A stretch of DNA of 64,000 nt from Candidatus Pacearchaeota archaeon (GCA_017609755.1 JAFCDI010000001.1:4400-68399), one strand, 5' to 3'; positions 1 through 10,362 are shown, numbered from the stretch's first letter. Made by a program: numbers and translations. The notes: generated by a model from the letters alone, not told the origin.

Positions 1-1574
1 TTGCAGGAGAAACTAGACATTATTTAGATTGGTTTTATGGAATAAATCTCTCAAGAGCACTAATGAATGCAATAAAAACAACTGGAAAATTTAGAATAAT
101 GTCTATTGGAAGAGTTCAAGGTCCAACTTTAAATCTTTTAGTTAAAAAAGAAAGAGAAATACAAAAATTCAAACCAGAAACTTACTGGCAAATATTTATA
201 GAAATAAATGACAGAACAAATTCCCTAGAACTAAAACATAACAAAGATCTTTTTGATAAAAAAGAATTAAAAAAATTTGACAAATTAAAAGGAAAAAAGA
301 TAAAAGTAAAAACAGAAAAAAAAGAACAATTCCTTCCTCCAAATCCTCCTTTTAATTTAACAACTCTTCAAACAGAAGCCTATAAATTTCATGGAATAAC
401 TCCTTCAAACACTCTAAAAGCAGCACAATCTCTTTATCTTTCTGGTTTAATTTCTTATCCAAGAACTTCAAGTCAAAAACTTCCAGAGTCTGTAAACTAT
501 AAAGAAATTCTAAATAAATTAGCTAAAAAATATCAAATTGAAAAATTAATAACAAGAAATACTCCAATTCAAGGTAAGAAATCAGATCCTGCCCATCCAT
601 CAATATATCCTACAGGAAATTATCAAATTTTATCTGGAGATGAACATAAAATTTATGAATTAATTGTTAAAAGATTTTTAGCTTTATTTTGTGATAGTGC
701 AATTATTGATAGTAAAACAATAAAAACAGAAGTAAATAAATTAGTTTTTTCGGCTAGAGGTTCATCAGTAAGAAAAAAAGCATGGATGGAAATATATCCT
801 TCAAAACTAAAGGAAAATGAAATTCCAGATATTAAAGAAAATGCAGAAATAATAAAATGTAGAAATGAGGAAAAACAAACTCAACCTCCAAAAAGATACT
901 CTCCAGCTTCAATAATCTCAGAGCTTGAAAAAAAGAATTTAGGAACAAAAGCAACACGTTCAATGATACTAGAAACTCTTTATGATAGAAATTACATAAA
1001 AGAAAAATCAATAGAAGTTACTCCTCTAGGAATGTCTCTTATATCCACTCTTGAAAAATTCTCTCCAATTATAATTGATGAAGAATTAACAAGAAGATTT
1101 GAAACAGAAATAGAATCAATACAAAAAGCAAAAGGAAATCACAAAGAGAGAGAGAAAAAAATAATTGAAAAAGCAAAAAAAACAATAACTTCAATTTCAA
1201 AAGATTTTGAAGAAAATGAGGAAAAAATAGGAAAAGAGCTTTTAAAGGCAAATTTAGAACATTTTGAAAAAGAAAAACAAGAAAATAAATTAAATATCTG
1301 TCCAGTTTGCAAAAAAGGAAATTTAGGAATAACTTATTCTAGAAAAACAAAAAGATTTTTTATTGCTTGTGATGATTATCCAAATTGTAAAAATACATAT
1401 AGCCTTCCTCCAAATGGAAGTTTTAAAAAAACAGACAAAATCTGTGAGAAGTGTGACTTTCCACTATTAATGAGTTTAAGAAAAGGAAAAAAACCTTGGA
1501 TATTTTGTTTTAATCCTGAATGTCCAACAAACAAAGAAAGAATTGAAAGTTATAAGAAAAAATATCATAATTAA
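1..1574 (+). CDS. topA: DNA topoisomerase IA (TopA/Topo III-like), C-terminal part. The reading frame is open back to base 3, so the 5' end lies upstream of the window.
   Basis: Frame open from position 3 (AGETRHYLDWFYGINLSRAL...). Contains an ISYPRTSS active-site-like motif and C-terminal Cys4 zinc-ribbon motifs (CPVCKKGNL...CDDYPNC, CEKCDFPL...CFNPECP) typical of type IA topoisomerases. Confidence 0.75.
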   Translation, partial: AGETRHYLDWFYGINLSRALMNAIKTTGKFRIMSIGRVQGPTLNLLVKKEREIQKFKPETYWQIFIEINDRTNSLELKHNKDLFDKKELKKFDKLKGKKIKVKTEKKEQFLPPNPPFNLTTLQTEAYKFHGITPSNTLKAAQSLYLSGLISYPRTSSQKLPESVNYKEILNKLAKKYQIEKLITRNTPIQGKKSDPAHPSIYPTGNYQILSGDEHKIYELIVKRFLALFCDSAIIDSKTIKTEVNKLVFSARGSSVRKKAWMEIYPSKLKENEIPDIKENAEIIKCRNEEKQTQPPKRYSPASIISELEKKNLGTKATRSMILETLYDRNYIKEKSIEVTPLGMSLISTLEKFSPIIIDEELTRRFETEIESIQKAKGNHKEREKKIIEKAKKTITSISKDFEENEEKIGKELLKANLEHFEKEKQENKLNICPVCKKGNLGITYSRKTKRFFIACDDYPNCKNTYSLPPNGSFKKTDKICEKCDFPLLMSLRKGKKPWIFCFNPECPTNKERIESYKKKYHN

Positions 1575-1885
1575 ATTTCTATTTTTAATTTATCTTCTAG
1601 ATTTGAATAATCAAAGTAAGAATATGGAAAAACATTTATATCTAGACAGTTTTTAGTGTTCACATTTGGAAAAAAATTTTTAAGATATTCAATATCATTA
1701 TAAGTTATTTTTAAAGAGCCATCTTTTTTTGACATACGATCTATATAAGGCAAAGAAATAATTTTTTTAATAGAAAAAAAAGTAGCTACATATAAATCTT
1801 GTCCTCTTTTTCTTAATCTTCTAGATTTTCTATTCAATTTTCTCATATAATTAGATAAATCAAACATAGAAAAAATAAGAAGCAT
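1571..1885 (-). CDS. hypothetical protein
   Basis: 104-aa ORF in the gap between topA and the Nre-like gene. No recognisable motif. Confidence 0.3.
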   Translation of the reverse strand: MLLIFSMFDLSNYMRKLNRKSRRLRKRGQDLYVATFFSIKKIISLPYIDRMSKKDGSLKITYNDIEYLKNFFPNVNTKNCLDINVFPYSYFDYSNLEDKLKIEI

Positions 1886-1917
1886 ATATTTAAAAATTAT
1901 TCTCTAAAAGCCCTCTA

Positions 1918-3120
1918 CTAAAACCATTCTTGTAATCTTTTTTCTTCTTTAATTTTCTTTAATAATAAACTTTTATTTAAAATAAAAGAAAAATCAAAAT
2001 TATATTTTATTTTTGCTATTTTTTTTGCAGAATTGATTAATTCCTCTCTACTATTAAATTCCATTTCTCTATTAAGAGCTTTTTTTACACTCTCTCTAAC
2101 AACCCAAACACCTAAAGAAGCCCAATAAGATGGAGTTTCTAATCTTACTACTAAAACACTTGCTTGTCTTTTTATTTTATTCAAATATTTCAAAATAGCT
2201 AATCGAGTTGCATAATATCCTCCTGAAGTATTAGAAGCATAATTTTTTCTTCCAGAATAAAATTCAAAATCAGTAGCAGCTTTTATCTCTTTTGAGGAAT
2301 TCCAAGAACTGCCTGGATAATAGAGCTCAAATAATTCATAACTCCAAACATTTGGAAAAAAAAGAATTAAATATTGATTTCCAAGAAACTCTCCAAAAAA
2401 AAGCCCATAGTTTTCTATTTCCTTATATTCTTTAATTTTCTCTATAAGTTGTTTTCCAATAATATCATCTGTAGCAGTAATGCTCCATCGAGTAGGAACA
2501 AGCCTCTTATTCTTTTTTAAACCAATTACACCTACACTCAAAATCTTGCTTAAAGAATACTCATCAAAATTATTTTTATATAAAATTTTTATTCCTTCTA
2601 CTGCCTTTATCTCATCATTCATAACTCTATCTACTTTTTTTGAGATTTTAACATTTCCAGTAATAATCGCCTGTTTTAAATTTGCCCTTAATCCTTGAGG
2701 AGTAATTACTCTGTCTCTTTCTCTTTTAAAAGAAAGTTTATTTTTTAATTCAATTTCAACATTCACTGGTTTAGCTGCGATTGCAATTTCTTGAGCTAGA
2801 TTAACAAATTTTTTATTTAATCTAGAATCCTGTACTTTTGACTGAAATCTTGAATTTAACAAACTATTTCTCAATTTAATTACATCTGAAATATCAAAGT
2901 TATTTTCTGCCCAATATTTTTCATCATCATATAATTTTGCATTTTCATCTTTTTCAAGAGGAGATAAAATTCCAACATTAACTAAAGGATATTTTAATTT
3001 AGAACCAATAAAAACACTTGGAGGAGAAATACTATCTACTTTAGAAATATTTTTTAATTCTCTAAATTTAAAACTGGTTTCTGCAACTTTTTTTAGAACC
3101 TCAAACTTTATATTTTCCAT
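1918..3120 (-). CDS. Nre-family (NreA-like, DUF650/DUF651) putative DNA repair protein
   Basis: 400 aa. The LVPTRWSITATDD region and overall length resemble archaeal Nre proteins as I recall them. Needs an HMM check. Confidence 0.4.
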   Translation of the reverse strand: MENIKFEVLKKVAETSFKFRELKNISKVDSISPPSVFIGSKLKYPLVNVGILSPLEKDENAKLYDDEKYWAENNFDISDVIKLRNSLLNSRFQSKVQDSRLNKKFVNLAQEIAIAAKPVNVEIELKNKLSFKRERDRVITPQGLRANLKQAIITGNVKISKKVDRVMNDEIKAVEGIKILYKNNFDEYSLSKILSVGVIGLKKNKRLVPTRWSITATDDIIGKQLIEKIKEYKEIENYGLFFGEFLGNQYLILFFPNVWSYELFELYYPGSSWNSSKEIKAATDFEFYSGRKNYASNTSGGYYATRLAILKYLNKIKRQASVLVVRLETPSYWASLGVWVVRESVKKALNREMEFNSREELINSAKKIAKIKYNFDFSFILNKSLLLKKIKEEKRLQEWF

Positions 3121-3159
3121 TTTTTAAACAAATTTTCAATATTTAAAAGAATTTATTGT

Positions 3160-3813
3160 TTAGACTATTCCTCTTGAAAAAGTATTCTCTTTTTTCCTTA
3201 TAAAAAATCCATATTTAGAAGAATTAAATCTCTCATTTTTAATTAAATCCTGATATGCATATAAAATAGAAAAATCATTAGAAATTAAAGAAGTGTTTCC
3301 TCTAGAAACACTAAAAACAGCTGCTGTAATTAACAAATCATAATCTGTTTCAGTTAATCTTTTAATTTTTTTAAGAGGTTTATTTCTTCGATATATTTGA
3401 TTATATTTATAATTTTCAAAAATATCTAAATTAATAATTTTATTCTCTTTTTTAAAATTCTTTAACAATTTTTTTCTTTCTTTCATAGCAGAACAAATCT
3501 TTCCAAAATAAACTCTTTCTTTTTTTGAGGATTTTGAACGATTTGAGTAAGGAAGTACTTCTTCAAAAGTTTTATTTTTTGGACATTCAAATTCCTCAGA
3601 AACTCTTTCTGTTAAATAAAACATTCCTTTTTGTTTTAAATACTTATTAAAGAAAATGCAAGAGTCAATTTCAGATTTTTTGCAAGAAATTCTATCTTTT
3701 AATTTTAAAGAAGTGCTACTTTTTGCTTCTAGAAAATTAATAAGAGCAGAAGTGTCTAATAAAATAAAATCAAATTCCTCGCAAATTCTTTCTAAAGGTA
3801 TAAAATTCCCCAT
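3160..3813 (-). CDS. PIN-domain protein (putative ribonuclease)
   Basis: N-terminal FILLDTSALI and a later TDYDLLITAAV give the acidic residues typical of a PIN fold. Confidence 0.45.
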   Translation of the reverse strand: MGNFIPLERICEEFDFILLDTSALINFLEAKSSTSLKLKDRISCKKSEIDSCIFFNKYLKQKGMFYLTERVSEEFECPKNKTFEEVLPYSNRSKSSKKERVYFGKICSAMKERKKLLKNFKKENKIINLDIFENYKYNQIYRRNKPLKKIKRLTETDYDLLITAAVFSVSRGNTSLISNDFSILYAYQDLIKNERFNSSKYGFFIRKKENTFSRGIV

Positions 3814-3855
3814 ACCAATATCTAAAAGTATATATTTAAAAATAATTGTGTGATA

Positions 3856-4602
3856 TTATATCCATCTTTTTTTAAAAATACCCTTATCTCTAATTTCAAA
3901 ATTAATTTCTTTTAAAGGCAAACTTCTATGTTTTAATAAAATTGCTTTTCTTCTTCCTTTTTCATTTTTTAATTCAATTATGCATTTGCTCCAGTATTTG
4001 AATAAATCTCCTCCAACAATATTTGTTTCTCTTTCAACTCCTTTTTTCCAGTCCTCTTCTGATAAAAAATTCATATAAACCTGATTTGTAATTAAAATAG
4101 GAATCTGTTGTTTACGGCATATTTCAGCTAAATTTCTCATTTGTTTTGCTATTTCTCTATTTAATTTTTTAACATTTTCAGAATCTCCTGATTTCTGGGC
4201 ATCTGCTAATTCTAATCTATATAACATTGCCATTCCATCAATAATAATTAAACTAATATGTTCTTTTTTGATTTGTAAAAAAAGTTTTTCAAAAGCTTTT
4301 TTCTGCTCTTCAAAATTAGTTGGTTTTAATAAAAGAATTTTTTCTAAAGTTTTTTCAGATTCTTCTTCAACTAACTGCTTAACTCTTTCACTTGAAAAGC
4401 CTCCTTCTGTATCAACAAAAATAACTCTATTTCCTTTTTTTGCCTGACTACAAGAAACAAGAATTGAAAAATTAGTTTTTCCACTTCCAGGAGGTCCAAC
4501 AATCATAGTAATTACATCTTTTTCATAGCCTCCATAAAGCCATTTATTAAAATCATAACTGCCTGTAGATATTTTATTTGACATAAAAATAATCAAATTC
4601 AA
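3856..4602 (-). CDS. radB: DNA repair and recombination protein RadB (RecA/RadA paralog without the N-terminal HhH domain)
   Basis: Walker A GPPGSGKT near the N-terminus, Walker B IIIDGMA, 248 aa RecA-like core only. Confidence 0.7.
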   Translation of the reverse strand: MNLIIFMSNKISTGSYDFNKWLYGGYEKDVITMIVGPPGSGKTNFSILVSCSQAKKGNRVIFVDTEGGFSSERVKQLVEEESEKTLEKILLLKPTNFEEQKKAFEKLFLQIKKEHISLIIIDGMAMLYRLELADAQKSGDSENVKKLNREIAKQMRNLAEICRKQQIPILITNQVYMNFLSEEDWKKGVERETNIVGGDLFKYWSKCIIELKNEKGRRKAILLKHRSLPLKEINFEIRDKGIFKKRWI

Positions 4603-4625
4603 GAATTAATAAGTATTATTATACT

Positions 4626-4889
4626 CTATTTTAGTTTCTTAAAATCACTTTCTATTTTATCTAAGTCTTTTGTAGCAGCAGAAATTGCATCATTAAGAGC
4701 TTTTTTAGGAGTTTTTCCTTTTGTCTTTAATAACATAATTGGTTTTTCAGTTATATGTTCTCTTTTCCAAGCTGCAAAATTAACAGAAGAATCTTCATTA
4801 AGATAAAATCTCAGAAGTTCTGCAATTGTTAAACTTTCTAACTGAAATTCCATTTCCTCTTTTGCATTCTTAATAATTTTAATCTTCAT
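4626..4889 (-). CDS. rpoL: DNA-directed RNA polymerase subunit L (Rpo11)
   Basis: 87 aa. ESLTIAELLRFYLNEDSSVNFAAWKREHITEKPIMLLKTKGKTPKKALNDAI matches the RpoL/Rpb11 signature. Confidence 0.65.
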   Translation of the reverse strand: MKIKIIKNAKEEMEFQLESLTIAELLRFYLNEDSSVNFAAWKREHITEKPIMLLKTKGKTPKKALNDAISAATKDLDKIESDFKKLK

Positions 4890-4920
4890 AATAGAAATTC
4901 ATTAAATTAGTTTATAAACT

Positions 4921-5691
4921 TTACCTTCCAAAAAGAATTCTGTCCATTTCTTTCTTAGAAATTTCTCCAGTATTTGATTCTAAAATTTCTCTATTCTCGA
5001 TATCTTCTTCTTTCTTTTTGAAATTCTTAAAATTATTTTCAATTTCTTCTATTTCTTCTTCAGATTCAAATTCTGGCTCTTCTTTCATTTTTCTTAAATC
5101 ATCTATTGTTAAAATTTTAGCCTCATTTCTTTCAAAACTAAGTTTTTTTGGATATTTTTCTGGTTTTATCTCTTTTTCGAATTCTGGACGAATAATTCTT
5201 ATATTCAAAAAATTCTCTAATTTGTTAACTAATTTATAATCATCTTCTGGCAAAATTCCTTGCTCTACCATTTTTATAGCAGCTTCTGATTCTTCAATTT
5301 GTTTTGCAAGTTGAGATTGTGTTAATTTTTTTCTTCTTCTTGCTCTCATAATTGTCCAATGAAAATTATCTATCATCTCTGGACGTAATTCTTTTTTCTT
5401 AGGAGCTTTAGATTCATAATTTCTATCTACAATTTCTCTTAGAGTAGTCTCTTGTAATTTTTTTTCAGGATTTTCTCTTTTTTCAGCTTCTTTTATAGAA
5501 CTAGAAGCTCTTTCATAAAAAGTTTGTTTTCTTTCTGCTTCTTTTAATTGAAAAGTAGTTGGTCTTCTAATAATAGGAATATGCTCGTCTCTAGCACATT
5601 TTTCACAAATTTTCACAACTCCTTCATCAGAAATTGCATCAAAAAGTCTAACTCTATTTATCTTTGCACCACAATAAAAACATTCATCCAT
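4921..5691 (-). CDS. zinc-ribbon plus HTH (XRE-type) protein, archaeal MBF1-like, with an acidic C-terminal tail
   Basis: N-terminal CFYCG...CEKC zinc ribbon. Central TQSQLAKQIEESEAAIKMVEQG helix-turn-helix. Glu-rich C-terminus. Confidence 0.45.
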   Translation of the reverse strand: MDECFYCGAKINRVRLFDAISDEGVVKICEKCARDEHIPIIRRPTTFQLKEAERKQTFYERASSSIKEAEKRENPEKKLQETTLREIVDRNYESKAPKKKELRPEMIDNFHWTIMRARRRKKLTQSQLAKQIEESEAAIKMVEQGILPEDDYKLVNKLENFLNIRIIRPEFEKEIKPEKYPKKLSFERNEAKILTIDDLRKMKEEPEFESEEEIEEIENNFKNFKKKEEDIENREILESNTGEISKKEMDRILFGR

Positions 5692-5744
5692 AAAAAAATA
5701 AACTTCAAGTTCTTTTTTAAGATTTCTATACTAAAAAACTACAA

Positions 5745-6404
5745 TTAATACAAATATTTAGACAAATCTTCTACACTATTTAATTCTGAAATTACATTTT
5801 TTTCATTAATTATAACTGTAGGATATTTTGAAATTTCAAAATTTTCCAAAAGAGCATCTAGAGAAACTAAATTACTATCAACTGCAATAGGAATTAAAAC
5901 AATAGAATTTCCATATTCTTGTTTTAAATCAAAAATAATCTTTGACCACACATTTTGAGTTGCTTTAACTGCTAAATCTTTGGTTTGATATTCATACAAA
6001 TAAACAACAGTATTAAAATCTCCACTACATTTTTCTGATATATCAATTGAATTAATCCATAAAAAAGTTCTTAACATATCATATTTTCTATGTGCTATTT
6101 TCAAACCTTCTGTGATTTTTCCAGCAGATTCATATTTTTCAAGAGCATAAGCTTCTTCATAAATATTATTTGCCAATTGTATATTTGAATCAATTAAAAC
6201 TTCGCAAGAGTCTTCTGAATTTATTCTTTCATTTAAAGCAAACATATCCATAAAAAGAACTTCTGATTTAGCATAAAATTGTTCTATTTTATCTAAATTT
6301 TCTCTTTCAAAATTAGCTCCTATAAGCATTCCAAAAATAAAGATAATTATTGTTAATAACAATGCTTCCCAAAAAACTCTTTTTTTATTTTGTAATATCT
6401 TCAT
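5745..6404 (-). CDS. membrane-anchored hypothetical protein (single N-terminal TM)
   Basis: Hydrophobic N-terminus LLLTIIIFIFGMLIGA followed by a soluble domain. Directly downstream of the GT2 synthase on the same strand. Confidence 0.35.
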   Translation of the reverse strand: MKILQNKKRVFWEALLLTIIIFIFGMLIGANFERENLDKIEQFYAKSEVLFMDMFALNERINSEDSCEVLIDSNIQLANNIYEEAYALEKYESAGKITEGLKIAHRKYDMLRTFLWINSIDISEKCSGDFNTVVYLYEYQTKDLAVKATQNVWSKIIFDLKQEYGNSIVLIPIAVDSNLVSLDALLENFEISKYPTVIINEKNVISELNSVEDLSKYLY

Positions 6405-6416
6405 TTTTCTTCTTTT

Positions 6417-7658
6417 TTACCAAGTTCGTTTTCTTTTTAAAAATTTAGTTAGTGAAATCATAAGAATCATAGGATATGCTAATAAGTAAAAAATAAGGTA
6501 AAATCCAAGTGTAAATGCTCCTATATTTGGATAATTCTTTTCTTTTACATTTGAAAGAGCTATAAGTGTAAAAAATAATCCAAATAAAAAAAGAATTATT
6601 CCTAGAAAAATTAAAACATTCATTGTAAGACTTATATCTCTTAAAGCAAGAACTGCTGTTTGAGCCTCAAGAGAGTATTTAGTAGAGAGAAAAGAAAGAA
6701 TAAAATTTCTTGAAAGTCTATATGTTAACATAAAGATTCCAAATAATCCCAAAAGCCAAGACAATATAAAAAAAGGAAGAATAAATGCTCCAAGCATTCC
6801 TTTTCTATTAACTGCTTCTTTTTTATATTTAAAAATTGTTTGTAAACCTCCAATATTCCATCGATTTCTCTGCTTAATCCATTCTTTTATTTTGCTTGGA
6901 GCCACAGAATAAACTCTTGAAGGAACACACATTTTTATTTTCCAATTATTAGCCTGTAATTTCCAAGTAATTTCAATATCTTCTGTTAGATTTTTCTCAT
7001 CAAATCTTCCTATTTTTTCAAAAGCTTTTCTTCTATAAATTGCTAAAGGTCCAGGAGTAACATAAATAGAATCAATAAATTCCAATAATTTTCTACTAAA
7101 TTTAATTACTTTGTATTCTATTGATTGAAGTTTTTCTATAAAATTTTCTCTATTTTTTACTAAAACAGTAGATGTAACTGCTCCAACTTGAGAATCATTA
7201 AAAAAACCAATCATTTTATTTACAGATTTTTTCTCAGGATAAGAATCTGCATCTGTAAATCCTATTAACTCTGTTTTAACAAATTTAGAGCCATAATTTT
7301 TTGCTCCTGCTGCATTTCCTGTATTTTTAGGAGTTTGAACAGCTTTAACAATAGAATATCTTTTCTCATAATCCTTCATAATTTTATAAGAATTATCAGT
7401 GCTACAATCATCAACAATAATTATTTTTTTCAATCCTTTATAACCCATATTTAGAAGAGATTCAATTGTGCCTCCAATATGGTCTTCTTCATTATAACAT
7501 GGAATAACAATACTTAGAGAATATAATTTTTTTGCCTTGGGATAATAAAAAAACTTATCTTTATTCTGAAAATAGATTAATATAAATAGGAAAAAAAAGT
7601 AAAATGCTATGAAGGTGTATACTAAAAATACAATTGTTATAAAGTCCATTTTATGCAA
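6417..7658 (-). CDS. family 2 glycosyltransferase, processive synthase type (chitin/hyaluronan/NodC-like), integral membrane
   Basis: SIVIPCYNEE, DD motif (IIVDDCSTDNS), TDADS and the Q-x-x-R-W motif (QRNRWNIGGLQ), plus N- and C-terminal TM segments. Confidence 0.8.
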   Translation of the reverse strand: MHKMDFITIVFLVYTFIAFYFFFLFILIYFQNKDKFFYYPKAKKLYSLSIVIPCYNEEDHIGGTIESLLNMGYKGLKKIIIVDDCSTDNSYKIMKDYEKRYSIVKAVQTPKNTGNAAGAKNYGSKFVKTELIGFTDADSYPEKKSVNKMIGFFNDSQVGAVTSTVLVKNRENFIEKLQSIEYKVIKFSRKLLEFIDSIYVTPGPLAIYRRKAFEKIGRFDEKNLTEDIEITWKLQANNWKIKMCVPSRVYSVAPSKIKEWIKQRNRWNIGGLQTIFKYKKEAVNRKGMLGAFILPFFILSWLLGLFGIFMLTYRLSRNFILSFLSTKYSLEAQTAVLALRDISLTMNVLIFLGIILFLFGLFFTLIALSNVKEKNYPNIGAFTLGFYLIFYLLAYPMILMISLTKFLKRKRTW

Positions 7659-7713
7659 ATCAACTAGAATTTTCTTGTTTTAAAAGATTATTGTGAAGAA
7701 GTTTTACTTTTAT

Positions 7714-8235
7714 TTAATCTTTTTTAGAAAGATTATTGGATTCTGAACTAACATTAAAATAATCATAAAAATCATCACTTAAACTCAATTCATAAGTGTG
7801 TCCTAATTTCTTTTTTCTAATTAAACTCAAATCAGAGAATTTCTTTATATGGTCATAAGCTTTATTTCCTCTTATTTTAATTATTACTGATTGCTTAATA
7901 GGTTGTTTAAAAGCAATAATAGCCAAAGTTTCTTGTTCTGCTTTTGAAAATTCTGCACTTCCTGTTGCTAATTTATTAATTAAATAAACATAATTTGGTT
8001 TTACATCCATTTTCCACATATTATTCTTCTCAACAATTTCAATTGCAGAATTTTCATCATATCTTTCTCTAATCTTCTCAATAATTCCTGGAATAATTGC
8101 AGGACTTAAATCAGACAATGAGACTAATTCTGGAATTGTTAAAAATCTTCCAGAAATAAAAAAAATCGCTTCTAAAAGCTTAATATATTCCTTTTCTTTA
8201 AAATTTTCAATCTCATCTAGAGTATCGCTTTTCAT
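7714..8235 (-). CDS. scpB: segregation and condensation protein B (ScpB)
   Basis: Two winged-helix repeats. LEAIFFISGRFLTIPEL and ETLAIIAFKQPIKQSVIIKIRG match the ScpB consensus. Confidence 0.65.
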   Translation of the reverse strand: MKSDTLDEIENFKEKEYIKLLEAIFFISGRFLTIPELVSLSDLSPAIIPGIIEKIRERYDENSAIEIVEKNNMWKMDVKPNYVYLINKLATGSAEFSKAEQETLAIIAFKQPIKQSVIIKIRGNKAYDHIKKFSDLSLIRKKKLGHTYELSLSDDFYDYFNVSSESNNLSKKD

Positions 8236-8285
8236 ATATCTAAAAATAACAGAGTCTTTATAAGCATTATTCTCTAATTTTTTTT

Positions 8286-8750
8286 ATGAAAAAAGAGTTA
8301 ATATTTTTTAGTATTATTCTTGTATTGGGAATTTCTCTTTTATTTCTTAGATTAATCAGTCCAAAAGAAATAGATGATGTAACTCCTGAATTTTTTTGTG
8401 CAGAAGAACTTTTAGAAAAAGCAGACATTTTGTTTGTAATTCCTAAATTTAATAACACTCCAATTTCTGAAAATCCTGAATGGTGTGAATATATTCTAAG
8501 TCTAAATAAAACATTAGGATTGCATGGAGTTTATCATACTTATAGAGAATTTGAAATTAATAGAAATCAAGCTTATTTACAAGAAGGCATAGATGAATTT
8601 AAGACTTGCTTTGGATATGAACCAACTCTATTTAAACCTCCTCAAAATAGAATATCTAAAAATAATAAAAAACTAATAAAAGAAAATAATATGACTCTAA
8701 AAACAATTTCCAACAAAATAATTCATAAAATTTATCACTGTCCTTACTAA
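8286..8750 (+). CDS. membrane-anchored polysaccharide-deacetylase-like (NodB/DUF2334-like) protein
   Basis: N-terminal TM. DDVTPEFF (Asp-Asp) and LHGVYHTYRE (H-x-x-x-H) resemble NodB motifs 1 and 2. Weak call. Confidence 0.3.
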   Translation: MKKELIFFSIILVLGISLLFLRLISPKEIDDVTPEFFCAEELLEKADILFVIPKFNNTPISENPEWCEYILSLNKTLGLHGVYHTYREFEINRNQAYLQEGIDEFKTCFGYEPTLFKPPQNRISKNNKKLIKENNMTLKTISNKIIHKIYHCPY

Positions 8751-8985
8751 ATTTATATAAACTAAAAAAATATTCAAGAATATGAATGAAATAAGCGATA
8801 ATATAGATGAAAAAGGCCTTCAAATTGAGATGCCTTGTACTGAAAAAGATAGCCCATATTATGAAAAAGATTACAATAAATTAGAGAATTCTGAAAAATT
8901 TGTACAAGAAATGTATGTCCAAGGAAAAAGTAAGCCATATGAATTCTAAAATCGCAGAACAATACAATTCAATAAAGAATAATTT

Positions 8986-10071
8986 CTAAAGCTTGTATCT
9001 TAAAATAGCTCCAATTCCACCCAAATTATAAAATTGCTCTCCTTCTTCAGTTTCTGTTGAAATAATTTCTATTTTTGAACTAATATTTTCTGCCATTTTC
9101 TTAAGTTCTTTTGCAATCTTTTTATCAGTAGATTTAGATAAAAATAAAATCTCTACAGCACCATATTCTAAAGCTTTTTTTGTGTCTTTTTCTTTTAAAG
9201 TTGCTAATTCTGGATTTTCTCCTAATGTCTCAAAAAATCTTTCCATAAGTTTCTTTTCATAAACAATTTCCTGATTAACCAAAATATCTTGAGATTTTTC
9301 AACTAATTCTTTTAAACCAGATTCATTACTATCTCCAATATCTACTCTTCCAATTATTTTTTCTCTTAATTTAGTAGCTAAATATTCATTATCAATAAAT
9401 TCGTCTTTAGTAGGAATGGGTCCTCCAATTAAAATTCCTTTTAATTTAGGCATTTCAAAAAAGATTTTTTTCATTTCATCTGCAATTCTTTTATAAAATT
9501 CTTTTGTTAGTCCTTCTGTAATTCTATGAAATCTTTGACTTGATTGTCCTCCTGCTCTAACTTTACTTGGAACACCTGAACTCATTTTTTGAATAACTTC
9601 TATTCTTTTTCCCTCTAAAACTCCAATTGTTGCTTCCTTTCTATCCATAACCAATAATCCAAAAACCTCAGAAACCTCTAACATTTCTCTCAAAGGTTCT
9701 AAAACAAACTCCTTATCACATCTATATAATCTCATTTTAATTGGCAAAGGAGGTTCTATTTCCCACAATTGTAAATCCTGTTGTCCTTCAACTTTTGAAA
9801 CATTTCCACAAAAAAGAGCAAGTCCATTTTCAGGAGTTTTCTTTAAACTTTTTAAATATCTTACAAGCTTATCTAGAGCATCCCCCACATTTTTTCGAGT
9901 AGAAGTTGATTTAATATTTTTAGCAGTTGATTTCTCTGCTTCTAATTGTCTCTGAACAGCATTTACATCATATCCTTCAGAAATATAAACACTAATTAAT
10001 TCAGTGTGTCTTCCTTTATGCTGTTCTAATTCTTGTAAAATATCTTCAAGTTCATATTTTGTTATGGCCAT
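8986..10071 (-). CDS. prf1: peptide chain release factor aRF1
   Basis: GGQSSQRF (GGQ motif), NIKS-like region (TAKNIKSTSTRKN), 361 aa. Confidence 0.9.
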   Translation of the reverse strand: MAITKYELEDILQELEQHKGRHTELISVYISEGYDVNAVQRQLEAEKSTAKNIKSTSTRKNVGDALDKLVRYLKSLKKTPENGLALFCGNVSKVEGQQDLQLWEIEPPLPIKMRLYRCDKEFVLEPLREMLEVSEVFGLLVMDRKEATIGVLEGKRIEVIQKMSSGVPSKVRAGGQSSQRFHRITEGLTKEFYKRIADEMKKIFFEMPKLKGILIGGPIPTKDEFIDNEYLATKLREKIIGRVDIGDSNESGLKELVEKSQDILVNQEIVYEKKLMERFFETLGENPELATLKEKDTKKALEYGAVEILFLSKSTDKKIAKELKKMAENISSKIEIISTETEEGEQFYNLGGIGAILRYKL

Positions 10072-10153
10072 AAAACAAAAAGCAAAGCCTAGTTTATAAA
10101 ATTAGTTAATTTAACATAGATAAATTATTAAACAAAAAAGAAATTAAATATAA

Positions 10154-10360
10154 ATGGAAAAAATTCTTTTAATAAGAGATGATTCAAAACTCTCAGAAAA
10201 AGTAGAGAATTATCTAAAAGAGCAAAGAATAGAATATAGTCTTCTTTATTCAAATGAAAAAGAATATTCGAATCTACCTCATATAATAGATCCTAAGCTA
10301 AAATTTATTCCAAAAGGAGAAACAGGATTTAATTTTTATAAACTCTTAAAGAAAAAATAA
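10154..10360 (+). CDS. hypothetical small protein
   Basis: 68-aa ORF in an intergenic position. No motif. Confidence 0.25.
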   Translation: MEKILLIRDDSKLSEKVENYLKEQRIEYSLLYSNEKEYSNLPHIIDPKLKFIPKGETGFNFYKLLKKK

Positions 10361-10362
10361 AA

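Noticed and set aside
1069-1251. ORF-track entries on the opposite strand inside long genes (1069-1251, 2480-2698, 3656-3853, 5018-5239, 10367-10615, 15714-16079, 18970-19269, 26383-26601, 26881-27069, 32002-32217, 38270-38793, 39716-39982, 45570-45851, 56895-57257, 57651-57833, 58400-58588, 62813-63094 and others)
   Set aside because: Low-complexity F/L/I/S-rich translations typical of antisense frames in AT-rich DNA, fully embedded in well-supported genes.
8781-8948. 55-aa acidic ORF (MNEISDNIDEKGLQIEMPCTEKD...) and a similar 55-aa ORF at 41227-41394 in intergenic gaps
   Set aside because: No SD, no recognisable motif, below the ORF-track cut-off. They could be real micro-proteins but the evidence is insufficient to list them as features.
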